Assembly: GCF_023055435.1 (NCBI RefSeq)
Contig: NW_025963835.1
Span: forward strand, 34,224,001-34,288,000
DNA length: 64,000 nt
Origin: Haliotis rufescens
Taxonomy: Eukaryota
Reading direction: 5' to 3'
The position numbers were made by a program, and so were the translations under genes. The notes under the pieces are model-generated. The model did not search any database. It saw only the letters and a list, made by a program, of their open reading frames with translations, and was not told where the DNA came from. The number at the start of each line of letters is the position of its first letter. Position 1 is the stretch's first letter. This document shows positions 36,874 to 50,725 of this stretch, in pieces.

Positions 36874-39486
36874 CTGCTTGTACTACTAACAGGTTTCATA
36901 AAATACAGATATCATTCCATGTATAACACAAAGAAATAATGAATATGCACAAATGCAGTTGACATCAGATTTACGATGTATTATTCTGTTCTGCAAGTGT
37001 ATACGATGTGTGAGTGTGGTGAAGTGTGGTGTTGGTGTAGCGTGTGTATCATCCGCTTCGGAAATGACTGAGGGTCGGGTAAGTGGTGAAGGTGTGTTTG
37101 CGTTCCACCTAGGAAATGATAAAGAGGCTGGAGTAAGCGTCCGAAATGGGGATTAAATGGTGAACATGGCATACATTATTTACAGAGAATGTTTTTTTTA
37201 AATAAAATATGCCCTAGTCATCAACAAATGAAAGCATTCTGGAAACATCTTCATGTGTTATTATATCTGCTGTATCGGGACGTGAAGTACAATGCTTTGC
37301 ATGTGTAAACATTGAACGATTCATGTTATGTTTACGGAAATGTCCTTAACGCACAACGGAGAGAGGCTATATCAAGCTAACTCTCGAGGTTGAGGGATCC
37401 ATGTTCGTATAGAAAAATGTCAAGCTTGCTTGTTCAAAATATAATCTTCCTAGCTTATGACCGATCTGACATAAGCAACAGAACTTGTTGTTTTCAGAAC
37501 TTGGAAATCCGGTTTTTAAGAGGGAAGCCAGACGTCCCACGTCCTTGACAAATGTACAAATATACTCGTCACTACTATTGTCATCATGATCCGCGAATGC
37601 ATTAAGTTCATTATTTACAGATCAGCTATCTTTAAAGCCTTGTGTCTCGTGAAGATTCGGGAAGGATAATAAGTATTCAGCAACCCATGCTTGCTCTAAA
37701 AGACGACTATGCCTGTCGTAAGAGGCGACTAACGGGAACGGGTGGTCAGGTGATGCATGTCATCGTATCCGGATTGCGTGGATCGATGCTCACGATGTCA
37801 ATCACTGGATTGTCTAGTCCAGACTCAATTACTGGACATTTTCATGTTAGCATATAAATCAAAGTTTCAAGTGACGCTGATCATCGGAATGTGTAACAAG
37901 TCGGGTGAGGTGGTGTCGGCGAGTTTGGTTTAACGTCTCTTCGAACATTATTGTCGCTGGATCACAATGGGTCATCTTGTTATGGGTGGAAGGCCCAATG
38001 CGTTGCGGGTCTTAGATTTTCCCCCCAAATGGTGAAACTCACGAGTACCGTGCTGACAAACCTCGATACTAATCAGTGCCAATCTAAGATTCGAAGCCAC
38101 AATAATTGGTTTCTGGCAGCCTAAAGGACTCAACTCACAGATCAAAAACGAATCGTGGCACCTTCGACGCCTGGGCCATCCGTGACCGCTACCAGGACAT
38201 TGAAAACATACAGGCGGGCCTTCCAGGCATTATCATTTGAAACTTATCGAACCTCACAGTCGTATAGAATGTATTGATGTTGTGACGGATAAACCATCCC
38301 GTCAGATATCCCAGAGTTGATGACAATATTAAAATCTGGTTTACTGAATCCTTCTGCACTCCCCACCTCCATTGTAGCCAAGGTACAACATCGTTTACAG
38401 CCCAAAATACCGGCAATAAAGACATGGTTTAACCTGAAGTAGGGATCAAATGGACTAAAATTCATGTGTTCATTTTAATTGCTATGTTGGTATATGGTGC
38501 ACAGCTTTCTTTTGTGTTTGAAATATAAACGGAACGAGCGTTGACAGTCCACTAAATACATACAGGTAATCACGCGAGCGTGTTTTGGGATGGTAAATAT
38601 CCTGTATTTGGAATAAACGTTGTATTTAGCGAGCCTTGGCAAGTCGGACATTGACAACACAGGCATAATAGTTCAAACAGAAAGTCATTTTTAAAAACAG
38701 ACTATTATTTTGATAATGATGACAAACAAGTGTTTATGACATAAGAATATGCTTCAACGAACGTTTGACAAATATCTACAAATGTCTGTTTTGGTTCAAA
38801 TTTCTGCATGTATGTAGTATATTCTACGGGTCATAAGTTCAGCAGGGAAACGATATCATTTCTCTGGCTACAGTCTGAGTCAGTTATTGGGGTAGTGATG
38901 TTTCCTCCCATGACAGGACCCGCGAACAAAGTGTTGACATCGCCTGTCACATTCGCAGAAATTTCATTGACCTGGTTAACGTTGTAGCAGTGGCAAGTGG
39001 CGAGGCCAAACAAAAGGTGCCGATCGTCGGCGCAGGGTGGCGCAAGGCAGGGTTGAATAAACTGAAACTTGGTCTAGTTGTATCTGACAGAAGTCAGGGG
39101 ATGTCACGATGTTGCTGTTCATTTAGTTTACTGTAATTGTTTATTGATTGTATGTTTTGTGCCCTTAGAGCTGCATTATTGAATTGGGAGGAACGTTACG
39201 ATCTGACAGTTTCTAACAATACACCTGTCAGTATCGTCAACATTTTCCCACATTTTGACATTCCGGATATCCTGTGGATTTGTACCTGGACGTGTTTTAC
39301 TTTGCTTTTCATTGAAAGAGAGAAACTCCTACCCGTTTGAAGCATTTATTAGCAACACATTTGCCCAAAATTTGGATCGATGTTTGTCTCAACCCCTAAG
39401 GCCAAATTGTACAGTGTTGTAAAATCACAGTGTGTTAAAAACTGCATTGGAAGAGTGTGCGCCAAACTGACCCGTTCCCCAAAATA

Positions 39487-41444
39487 TACTCACACGCAAA
39501 AGAAACGCAAGTGGTTTTAAGCAGATAGGTAACAAACACGGAACCATAAATTGATACGAGTTTTAGCATGTAGTGAAGCCTGATGGTGTCAATATTTTGG
39601 TTGCATTTTGGAAGCCCCGAATAAAAACGCAACAAAAAAACACGAATCGCCAAACCGCACCATTTCAATGAATACGTGGGTACCATGCACCTATATCTCG
39701 CGAAATCGAAAATGCAGGAACTGTAGTGGGTATAAAACTGTGGCCGATTCTTAGACCTACCACTCCTTGGTCAACAATGCCACGCCTAACTCAAATTCAG
39801 AGAAACCAGGCTATCGGATGTTTGGAAGCTGGAGAGTCTGTCCAAGATGTTGCCCGTCATTTCAACGTTAACATCATTCGTCACCACTCGCCCCTTTCCG
39901 TAACCTGCAAGAAGACTCGTCCCCCTATCGATGAATGTTATGTGCGAAAATACGACAAACCAATCAGAATGCGCGTTTGATTTAAGTTCTTCGTCAAAGA
40001 ATCCCTCAGAAATATTTTTTGATTTTACATATTGCATCTTGCATCTTAAAATATACCCAAGACACAGTTAAATGTGTTCAATCATACTCTATAATTCCGC
40101 ACGTCCCAATGTGCTTTAAATTGCATCTGAAATATATATATAATACATGGGGAAATAATATGTGAACAATTACGCAACGAGTTGACAATTGTTTTAGGTA
40201 TGCCCGTTTGCGCTAAGACGGAACCCGGTCGCAAAAATGGCCATGAGAGGGGCACGAGTCGCTATTCGGCTTGTCCCGGAATAACACGAGTTGGTCACGA
40301 ATGCGTTAACATAACCACAATTAACCGTCTCCTGCATCGATAAAATGCTACACAGACCACAGATGACCTTCCTCGGAGCGGTCGTCCTAGGGTCACCACA
40401 CCTCGACAAGATCGGCAGATTACCCGTCAACACCAGCGACATCCGTTCCTAACTGCAAGTGAAAGTGCTCGACAGACCATAGGAACACATAATCGACACA
40501 TTAGCCGGGACACTGTGATCCGACGTCGCTGTTCCAACAACCTCAGATGTCGCCGACCAGCACGTCGTCCTGTTCTCCAACCACGGCATCGACAAGCACG
40601 ACTTCAGTTGGCACAGGGTCATCACAATTGGCGTCATCGTAAGAGGAGGTGTGTCATCTCTGATGAAAGTCGCTTTTGTGTCTCCCATGCAGACGGAAGA
40701 GTCAGAATTTGGCGGCGTCGAGGTGATCGTTTCGCTGACAGAAACGTTGTGGAAAGGGATCCATGACCTAGCGTCATGATATGGGCAGGGATTGGACTTA
40801 ATGCGAGACTTGGACCCATGTGCTTTCTGAATGTTGGTCAAGGTCGGGGACACGGCGTCACTGTTCAGCGGTATATCGACCAAGTGATCAGGCCCCACGT
40901 TGTTCCATTTTTTGCACAACATCAACATATTTTCCAGGAGGACAACGGTCGACTCCATGTTGCCAGAGCTACCATGGCCTTTCTACAATAACACAACATC
41001 CGTGTTCTACCGTGGCCAGCCCTCATCACTGATCTGAACCCCATCGAACACTTGTGGGATGAGGTTCAAAGGCGTCTGCACAATGTGCGCCCAGTCCCTA
41101 CAACTGCCGTTGAACTACGCACAGCTGCTCTGGATGTGTGCGGGACGATCCATAGGGCCTTCACAAATCGTCTGATCCACTCAATGTACAGGAGATGTGT
41201 GGCAGTGATCAATGCTAATGGTGGTCGCACCAGGTATTGACTGACAATTTCGGTATTTACTCGAAACTGTGTAAGCCCTTAACATTTGAAATTTTTTTTT
41301 TTATACATCTGCCTTTTCATCCATTAAACTGTCTTTAGTCAATTTTTTGTCAATCTTGCCCTATTAGTATTTCTTGTCTTTACTATTGAAACTGAATAAC
41401 ATGTAAACTGCATACTCGCCTTGCATTTCTTTTGTGTGTGAGTA
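39487..41444 (+). mobile_element. Tc1-family (DD34E) transposon, defective
   Basis: 25-bp TIRs TACTCACAC(G/A)CAAAAGAAA(C/T)GCAAG flanked by TA. Transposase MPRLT...RSGRPRVTT...SDESRF...QEDN..(34)..NPIEHLW...GGRTRY has internal stops. Confidence 0.92.
39875..40303. mobile_element. Non-autonomous DNA transposon with 9-bp TSD (Mutator-like by TSD length) inserted in the Tc1
   Basis: TSD CGTTAACAT at 39866-39874 and 40304-40312; TIR CATTCGT(C/G)ACCA(A)CTCG. Removing it restores the transposase frame. Confidence 0.8.
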
Positions 41445-41676
41445 TATATATTGACATCGTCGTAGGATAACTGGTCTGATCTGTTGGGTAACTTGCCTTT
41501 TCCTTTTGAGATCAATCTGTCGAGCTTCTAGAGCTTTTCACACTCGGGAGTTGGAAAGGATATACTCGTATTCTTTCTTTTGAGGAACCTGCTTAATATG
41601 TGAGACCGAAGGGTCAAAGCCTCGTGGTCAGAACCGTATTTCTTTGTGATGCCAACGAGAAATTTGAATACATGTA

Positions 41677-41980
41677 TAGTCTGGAAGTTAATTTAAGGTA
41701 CCGACGTTTACTACAATATCTGAAAAACTATTCGACCTACTCCAGTCAAAGATAGTATGAGATTATGAAACAGTCATACATAACTGGATATTATATTTAA
41801 AGACAATCGATGCATGAATAAAAAATCTGTCTATTTAGCTATCACTATATTTCATCAACAACCAGACCTGTTCGTCACGGGTGGAACGAGCATTCATTGT
41901 AACAGCTATCTGCATAATGCTACCCCTGCGTCACAGGGTCATATGACACAGTTGAACCAATCAACTCAACTCGAAAGGTT
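41677..41980. mobile_element. Left TIR of the same Sailor-like element (body deleted)
   Basis: Reverse complement of about 16090-16393; begins TA|TAGTCTGGAAGTTAATTTAAGG. Confidence 0.8.
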
Positions 41981-43101
41981 CCATGCCACACTTCATTCCA
42001 CGCCACACTTCATTCCATGCCACACTTCATTCCATGCCACACTTCATTCCATGCCACACTTCATTTCACGCCATTCTTCATTCCACGCCACACTTCATTC
42101 CATGCCACCCTTCCTTCCACGCCACTCTTTATTCCACGCCACTCTTCATTCCACGCCTCTCTTCATTCCATGCCACTCTTCATTCCACGCCAATCTTCAT
42201 TCCAAGCCACTCTTCATTCCATGCCACACTTCATTCCACGACACACTTCATTCCACGCCACACTTCATTCCATGCCACACTTCATTCCACGCCACACTTC
42301 AATCGATGCCACACTTCATTACATGTCACACTTCATTCCATGCCACACTTCATTCCACGCCGCACTTCATTCCATGCCACACTTCATTCCACGCCATTCT
42401 TCATTTCACGCCATTCTTCATTCCATGCCTCTCTTCATTCCACGCCATTCTTCATTCCACGCCTCTCTTCATTCCACGCCACTCTTCATTCCATGCCACA
42501 CTTCATTCCACGCCACACTTCATTCCACGCCACTCTTCATTCCATGCCACTCTTCATTCCATGCCACACTTCATTCCACGCCACACTTCATTCCACGCCA
42601 CTCTTCATTCCATGCCACACTTCATTCCATGCCACACTTCATTCCATGCCACACTTCATTACATGTCACACTTCATTCCATGCCACACTTCATTCCACGC
42701 CACACTTCATTCCATGCCACACTTCATTCCACGCCATTCTTCATTCCACGCCATTCTTCATTCCATGCCTCTCTTCATTCCATGCCACACTTCATTCCAC
42801 GCCACTCTTCATTCCACGCCACTCTTCATTCCATGCCACACTTCATTCCACGCCACACTTCATTCCACGCCACACTTCATTCCATGCCACTCTTCATTCC
42901 ATGCCACACTTCATTCCACGCCACACTTCATTCCACGCCATTCTTCATTCCATGCCACTCTTCATTCCATGCCACACTTCATTCCACGCCACACTTCATT
43001 CCACGCCACTCTTCATTCCATGCCACACTTCATTCCGCGCCACACTTCATTCCACGCCATTCTTCATTCCACGCCACTCTTAATTCCACGCCACTCTTCA
43101 T
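41980..43101. repeat. 17-bp minisatellite (CCACACTTCATTCCAYG)n, about 66 units, followed by (TATAC)n to about 43192
   Basis: Direct inspection. Confidence 0.97.
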
Positions 43102-43674
43102 TACTATACTATACTATACTATACTATATTATACTATACTATACTATACTATACTATACTATACTATACTATACTATACTATACTATACTATCAATGGTT
43201 GTTGTTGCCTCATATTAATAATCCTAATATACTGATTGCTTTAACGGAGGAAAGCCCATTGTTTATACAAATGGCCTATTTGGACAGGTGTTGTTACCTT
43301 AAGGGTTTTACGGACAAATATCGGAACGATTCAATGATAGACTTCTTTTGTGAAGACATTGAATTTACATTGACATTGAATGGACTGTAAAGAACGTTGA
43401 TCGAAATACTTTACGAAAAGATCTGTTCTCTCAGACGTGTATAAACTGGACAATCATGAATAAATGAAACCCATCCTCTGGTAAATGTAAATCACACAGG
43501 ACACATAACAGCTGTCTTTTAATTACACCGAAATATCGTCCTTGTTCCATCCAACTTGAAAATGCATGTATGGAATATTGACGACATAAAGCAAACGGAT
43601 GATCCATAATCTATAACTCAGGCTCTAACTTCAACTTAAATGCGAAGTGTAAATCATATCTACTACTAGGTTGT

Positions 43675-43842
43675 GGGGGCGGTCGGGTACCCCAGCGGTT
43701 AAAGCGTTCGCTCGTCACGCCGAAGACCCGGGTTCGATTCCCGAAATGGGTATAATGTGTGAAGCCCAGTTCTGGTGTCCCCCACCGTGATATTGCGGGA
43801 ATATTGCTAAAAGCGGCGTAAAACCATACTCACTCACTCACT
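43675..43842 (+). mobile_element. Hybrid SINE family 1 produced by SINE-SINE recombination
   Basis: Left flank is that of the 20191 SINE and right flank is that of the 21831 SINE. Confidence 0.85.
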
Positions 43843-45783
43843 CTGATTAATAGATCCTGAACATGTGTTGTTGACCTAGGGCGCCCAGTGCGTGGCCGAT
43901 CATCAATATTGTGTGTCTGCAGAAACCTGTTCCAAAGTCTGCCAATTGCAGACTGGGACACATTGAACATATTACGAAGCCCACGCTGAACTGTACCAGT
44001 TTGTCGATGAGTTTGAGGAAGGCATTGCTCACGTTGAAGACGACGCATTCCAAATCCGATCACAAATACTGCATTAAAGAAAGAGTAGAGAGCTCAGAGC
44101 GATTTGATGATCTTCCACTGAAGTCATGTCAAAATCAAGAATGGCCTCCTGCTCTATCTCTGGCAGTGATTTTTCAAAAGTGATCTATTGTCTGACAACC
44201 GACCATAACATTTATAGTTCATCATCCCTTACATTTTGTATAAGTATATACAGGAGAAAACCAAATGCCTTTGTTCCTACAAAACTTAGTATAGCGCCTA
44301 ACAGAGTGTTTTGATCCGTTTTAAGCACTTTTCCCTCAAAATCATGTTTGGTGAAAAAGGAAATATATTTTGGCCATTGAAGCCATATGGGGGATGGAAC
44401 CAGGACCTTCGGAATGGCGAGCGAACGCTTTAACGACGAGGCTACCCCATCTACGTCGACTAGACAATACTGCATATGCAAACGTTTTCAGCCTCACCAC
44501 TATCTCGACGTAAGCGTTTATAAATAAGATAGCCACGCGATAAATCACAATTGACAATGAAGAACAAAGTGTCGTATATTTCTTGAAAACATTGTTCTAT
44601 CATGACGTCGAAATTCGAATTTGCGCTCGCAAATACACGACGTTATTTTTTACACTGTCTTGTGAGTTGTTCCTATAGGTGTAGCTGGGCACAGATAAAC
44701 GCGTGGTATGTTTCGCTTCCCGTACTCGGCGAAAAAAGCTTTCTAAGCTTGTCATTTTGTTGTGTTTATAGCTGCTTTAAGGCCAGGCTGAGCAAACATG
44801 TTAAGTGTTTGTTGTTGAACTCCGCACTCAGCACACATGTACAGGTAAAAGCTATTGAATGCGAAGTTATTTTTAAACAAAAAATCAAACGTTACTATGG
44901 AAGTCCAATGGAAAAAAAATTAGTTGTGTGTAACCTACAGCAATTTACATTGTGGGTGCAATGAACCATACGTCATAATCACTTATAAAAAGGCCTCAAA
45001 GTTCTGATTGTCCCAATGTCCTATAATTTCAAAGTATTATTCCAAATATTTGTAGCTTAAAGGTAGTGATCGAACATGTTTTCTCAGCGCTGCTCAGTCC
45101 CTATAGAATAATCCGAACTGGTGTTTCGAACACTGGTGTCTATGGCACAAAAAGAATTCCTTTTTGACATATACGGGTCACATGTTTTATGTCCGCCAGC
45201 CTGTAGATACATGTCTACTGCATCCTTTGAGGCCCTGGTGTGTTGATTCACTATGGCCACCACTGACCATTTTTCTATCTTTATTTGTATTGAACAATAT
45301 ACCTTTCATTGTCTAAAACTTTACCCTTGAATCAGGGATGCGTTATTGTGGATAACTACATCTCACATTGGGAGTGGAAAACTCTTCAAATTAATTGTAA
45401 AATACTCAATCAAATACTGAAAAGTTATATCAGATAACTGATCAATGTTCAGCATGTCTGCAGTGGGACTGATTTGCTAGTTTTAATGTTTAGGTACGAA
45501 AAAGACGTTTATGTTTAAAATGGAACACAAACGAAAACAAAACTGTCAGTGAATCATGACATTTAATGACAACTTATCAAAGTAATAATTTCATGCTCAA
45601 ACGGGAAAAAGTAAATGTGACATCGTTTATATATTGTATAACATTCAAGAAGAACAAAGTCTAACATTGTAAGGACTATTAACAATTGTCCGCGTTGCTG
45701 TTGCCAAATATTGGCTTACGTCACTGTTTGCAGACAGCAAATGTTTCAGAGTGACTTCATATGTAGGATATTCATCTTCATCT

Positions 45784-46251
45784 TCAACCACTTGCGGTTC
45801 GAGGTGCAGCACATGTGCACCCAACTGCTACTTCTTTGTCCTCAGGTTGATAGGTGAAGGTACCATTTTCACAGCTGTATTTCAAAACACGGAAGCTAGC
45901 TTTCACTTGTTCACACTGGTTCTTGTTATTGTTGATACAGTCTCTACAATTACAGCTTGCACTCCGAAGCTGTTGTGGATAAATGTTGTCTCCAAGTCTT
46001 AGCGAGACGACACTCCAGGGGCAAATGGAACGTTCTCGAGTGGAGTCTTGCATGTTGTTTTGTGACACGGGTGAGTTCGACGTATCAGGAATGTTGTTCA
46101 AGCTGTTGAAGATCTGTTGTATATGTGATGGTATCTTGCATTGTGTGGCATCCCTTCGTGCTCTCATCATGTTTCCAATATCGTCAGTCACTGGTGTGGC
46201 ATTAGCATTCATAATGACGACAAGTACGACAGATAACAGTGACAGCTGCAT
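45784..46251 (-). CDS. IL17: Interleukin-17 family cytokine, 155 aa (type-C flanks)
   Basis: Same motifs, intact ORF. Confidence 0.95.
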   Translation of the reverse strand: MQLSLLSVVLVVIMNANATPVTDDIGNMMRARRDATQCKIPSHIQQIFNSLNNIPDTSNSPVSQNNMQDSTRERSICPWSVVSLRLGDNIYPQQLRSASCNCRDCINNNKNQCEQVKASFRVLKYSCENGTFTYQPEDKEVAVGCTCAAPRTASG

Positions 46252-49139
46252 GTTCGTTGACAAAACCTTTGTAATCAGCTTGAAATGAGAAGCAGCTCTC
46301 AGTCGAGAATATCTGGTTTGACTGTTCATCGTAAAAGACCTCATTTTATAGCATGTCTTCACCTACACTGCCACGTAGAACACATGGGGGCAGAAACAGG
46401 TATCCAATCCAAAAACTATAATGTTGAATTGGAGAATAACGCTTAAAAATTGTCTGGGGGCAGCAATAACTATTCCGGGTGTGAAATGTTCGTCATATCC
46501 ATCCCAGAAACCATTCTGTACCTCCTACCCTTCCTACACCTTTACATTTGACAGGATGGTTCATGTGGTTTTAAATATATCAATGGGTATTAGTCTATTT
46601 GCTCCCTAGCTTGTTCCGGTTGTAACAGGAGATTGTTTTCGTGTTTTCTTCTTGACTCCCACCTTGAACAGGACACATTTATTGTTGGAGTGACCTCGAG
46701 GAAGCCCACACTGGTTTGATATGATGATATGGAATTGTTCACAAGCAGAATGCTTTAAATAGTACACAATTTCGAAAATATGTACCTTGGAAAGACAAAA
46801 AAGGAAGAATTTTTTTTTACTGTTGCTTACTTAAAATAATTATGCACTGTTGTTAATCTTTAACTCAGGAAATATCTTCTTTTGTGTGTGACATAATTGG
46901 TAATTTGACTTAAGTGAAGCATATGAAAATCTTTCGTTTGAATTGATAGTCTGCAGTAGTGAGTTAAATTCTTGGTTGTAGAAAATGACATGTGCACAAA
47001 CAATATAAGGTTGCTCTCTCCTGTTATCCTCAATGTTCAACATCTGTACATGTTTGTGGATGTGTTAATTTCAAAACCGGATGTTTTTACACACATCATA
47101 TCATAGGCTCCTAAATCACTGTTCCCCCTTCGGCTGACGATATCGATATAACATCGAGTTCCCGATTACAGATCTTGCTTTAAAACATATGAGTAGATTA
47201 GTTCTCGGTAATTTCCACTATATTGCCCTTTGTGCACCCGGTGTCAAGAAGTAATGTTGTTGCACTTGAAATGGAATCCTCACCTAGGAATGGGATTTCC
47301 AAATATTAAAATTCATTGAACACGAAACAGTGTACATTCTAAAGTTGTTTATGTGTAGGATATACCATAAAGATAAAGTGAAGCGATTGACAGACACAAC
47401 AGTTAGGCTGGTTTCAAATAGAATGAAGCATCGTGAGTGAGTAGTGTTTTACGCCGCTTTAGAGATATTCCAGCAATATCACCGCAGGGGACAGTGGAAA
47501 ATGGTGGGGAATCGAACCCAGACTTTCGACGTGAGGAGCCAACGCTTTAACTGCTAGCCTATCCCACCGCCCCACGAAGCGTCGTGGCGCAAATCAGCGC
47601 AAGATACTGAGATATAACATGGGATGACACAGTGTCCACAAACGTCCAGTTTGTAAAGTCCCATACACCCGGTTACTGAAACCTGAAAGGTAATCATCAT
47701 CACATGTTCACAAGTACAGAGGCGTATTTTCAGAGTTGTTTGTTAGTGCGACCATCGGATCTGCCCTGCGATGTCAGTGGGTTCGGTGTGGTAAGTCCAA
47801 GTGTGAACAGGGTCATTGTGACGTGAGAAACAGATGGTATCGTACCACGATTGGCCAAACAAATAGATGATTTTATTACTCTAAATGAGTGAGTGAGTAT
47901 GTTTTTACGCCACTTTTATCAATATTCCAGCAAAAGAAATGGGCTTCACATATTGTTTCCACGCGGGGAATCGAACCCGCGTCTTGGGCGTGACGAGGAC
48001 GCTTTAACCACCAGGCTACCCCAATGCCAATTACTTTTAATAAGTATCTGTACAGATACATTTTTTGGTTTGGTTTGTTTGTTTAACGCCGCACTCAGCA
48101 ATATTCCAGCTATATGACGGCGGTCTGTAAATAATCGAGTCTGGACCAGACAATCCAGTGATTGATATCATGAGCATCGATCACGCAATTGGGATCGATG
48201 ACCTGCATCAACCAAGTCAGCGAGCCTGACCACCCGATCCCGTTAGTCGCCTTTTACGACAAGCATAAGTACCTTTTACGGCAAGCATGGGATGCTGAAG
48301 ACCTATTCTATCCCGGATCTTCTTGGGCCGTACAAATACATAGTATTATGTAACTAACACACGCCTCACCTGCCGAATAAGAACAGTGACGTCATTATGA
48401 GTGGTAGATAAACCATAGTACTCTATAATATAGAATGCTTCTAATAAATTAACACACAATTTATATAATGAGTGAGGAAGAGACTTGATCCCATTGCTGG
48501 CTTTTTAAAAAAATAACAAACCGTTTGATAAAATATATCCCTCAATACGGCAAATCACTCAATCCGGCAATCCGAGTGATTCACATCATAACATTGTATT
48601 AAAAAAGAATGTTTGTTTCATAGAAACATATATATGAATGGTCAGATGCAGTTGACCTTATGGTTGTGATGCATGTTACTATTGTTGTACAATTCTATAT
48701 GATGTGTGAGTATAGAATGACGCGTAGAGTGGGAGTAACGTGTGTGTAACGCGAGTAGTATCCGCATGAGAAATAATTAAGGGTCCGGTCAGTGGTGGGG
48801 GCGTGTTTGTGACCCGCCAAGGAATTGATAAAGAGGCAGGGGTGAGCGTCGGAGGTGTGGATAATTGTGAACGTGATATACATTGTTAGAGAGGTGTTTT
48901 AACATGTAACTGAAACAAGCTGTCAAACTCATTTGAATGTTATGACGGTAAAGGTATTCTATCTTTAAAGCCCTTGACATCAACAAATAATATATTCTTC
49001 AACACCTTAACGTATTATTCTATCTTCAGTAGCAGAACAGGACACACAATGCCTTGCATGTGTAAACATTGAACGAATTATGTCATGTTTACGGATATGT
49101 TTTGAACGTGTAATGCCTATATGAACTCTAATGCAATAC

Positions 49140-49575
49140 CGATAACTGTGACAGATGCACGATCGTTGACAAAACCTCTGTAATCAACTTGAAATAGGAA
49201 CTTCTGAGCACCTCTCAGTCGATATTTCCTGATTTGGCTGTTCATCCTAAAATACCTCATTTAACCTACACTGCCACGTAGAACGCTCGGGGGTTGAAAT
49301 GGGTATTCACATTTTGTCCAATCCCAAAACTATTGTGTGGATATGAACAATGACTCTTACAAATGTCTCGGGGCAGAAATAACTATTTTGGGAGTGGAAT
49401 GTTCGTCATCTCCATCTCAAAAACCCATCTCTGCCTCCTACAATTTTACATTTGTCAGGATCTGTCAGGTGATCTTCGAATGTATCGGGGGTATTGATCT
49501 ATTTGCTTGCCACGTTTTCTCTCTTAACTCTCTGCTTGAACAGGATGCATATATTGCTGAAGTAAGTATGAGGAA
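49140..49575 (-). pseudogene. IL-17 promoter/5' stub (P type)
   Basis: Paralog of 558-1020. Confidence 0.85.
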
Positions 49576-50725
49576 GAACACAGAATGGTTTAATATCATG
49601 AGCACATAACGTTCAGCGTTCAAACTATTGCTCAGTGTATTTTATTCTCCTGTTTCTACACTTCTTAGTGGTGGTTAATGACACCTATTGCACCCTACTG
49701 CAAATCCTCAATGTTCAACACCTGTATATGTTTTGTTGATTACTCACATCGAATCAATATAACCTCTTCATAGCAGAATATTGTTAAAGTCGGTTTCATT
49801 CTCGTCCGGAGATTCTCATTACGAAGAGTTTATCAGTCTCAGCTATTGAAGTGTGGTCATGTGAGCATACCGTTACGGTTCAGCGTTCAAACTATTGTTC
49901 AGTGTCTTTTATTTTCTGTTTACGACAGCGTGGCTTGGTTTAGGAGATGATATGTGAGTCCGTTCAAAACAGGATGTTTACACACAACATGTCGTGGGCT
50001 GCTGAAAGTCATTGTTTTTTTTCCCTTTGATATGATATCGCCCAGCTCTCGTGTACATATCCTGTTTTGAAAATATAAAATTAGACTTACAGTCCTGGAC
50101 ATTTCAAACCGAATCACAACACATCGCGATTATTAATAAATGAAGATAGCTGCATGTGTTTTAATACTTAGAAAGTGAAAACAAGCCATTCCGACAACAA
50201 GGAATATTTTATACAGTAATGATAAAAAAAAATCAAAAGTGCGCTTTTTCAAGAAATGTCCATTTTGCTAGTAACAAACATCACTGAGTCTTGATCACGT
50301 GGCTACTGTCCGGGCTATGATCGGCAGTCAGGTAAAAACAATCAGTTATATTTAGAACTTAGTCTCATAGGACTCATATTCGTACCTGGAATCCACACAG
50401 GTTACATGATGACAACAAGATATTCGAGGGTTCCGTATCGTGAAGCAGTCTCCCGTACTTTAACACTGAGTTAGTGGCAGCGCTACAGTCGCTTTGTGTC
50501 ACAGATGGCAGGCGATTGTGTGAAAGAAGAATATTTGACGTCTTTGCTTCAGTGTTTGTTGTTTGACGACGCATTCAGCAATATTCCAGCTTTATGACGG
50601 CGGACTGTAAGTCGTCGAGTCTCTGCCAGACAACATAGTGATTGATGATGTGAATCTCGATCCATGCTGTCAGGGTACGATGCCACGCTATCATGCAAGT
50701 CTCAAAGTCCAAGACCACCCGATCC

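Larger units (their letters stand above)
38830..41670 (-). mobile_element. Crypton (tyrosine recombinase/DUF3504-type) relic split by the Tc1 insertion
   Basis: Minus-strand translation gives KGKGKLPNRSDQLSYDD (41460-41520), then NTVQFGLRG*DKHR..W...NEKQSKTRPGTN (39280-39480) and IMQL*GHK-IQSINNYS (about 39130-39175). Confidence 0.8.
26664..48586 (+). repeat. Unit II of the large tandem segmental duplication (unit I 1-26663, unit III 48587-end)
   Basis: CATAACATTGTATTAAAAA.GAATG recurs at 1, 26664 and 48587, followed by colinear blocks. Confidence 0.92.

Noticed and set aside
41814-43390. 473-, 457- and 366-aa His/Pro-rich ORFs
   Set aside because: Transposon TIR joined to a 17-bp satellite and a (TATAC)n microsatellite; all three plus frames are open.
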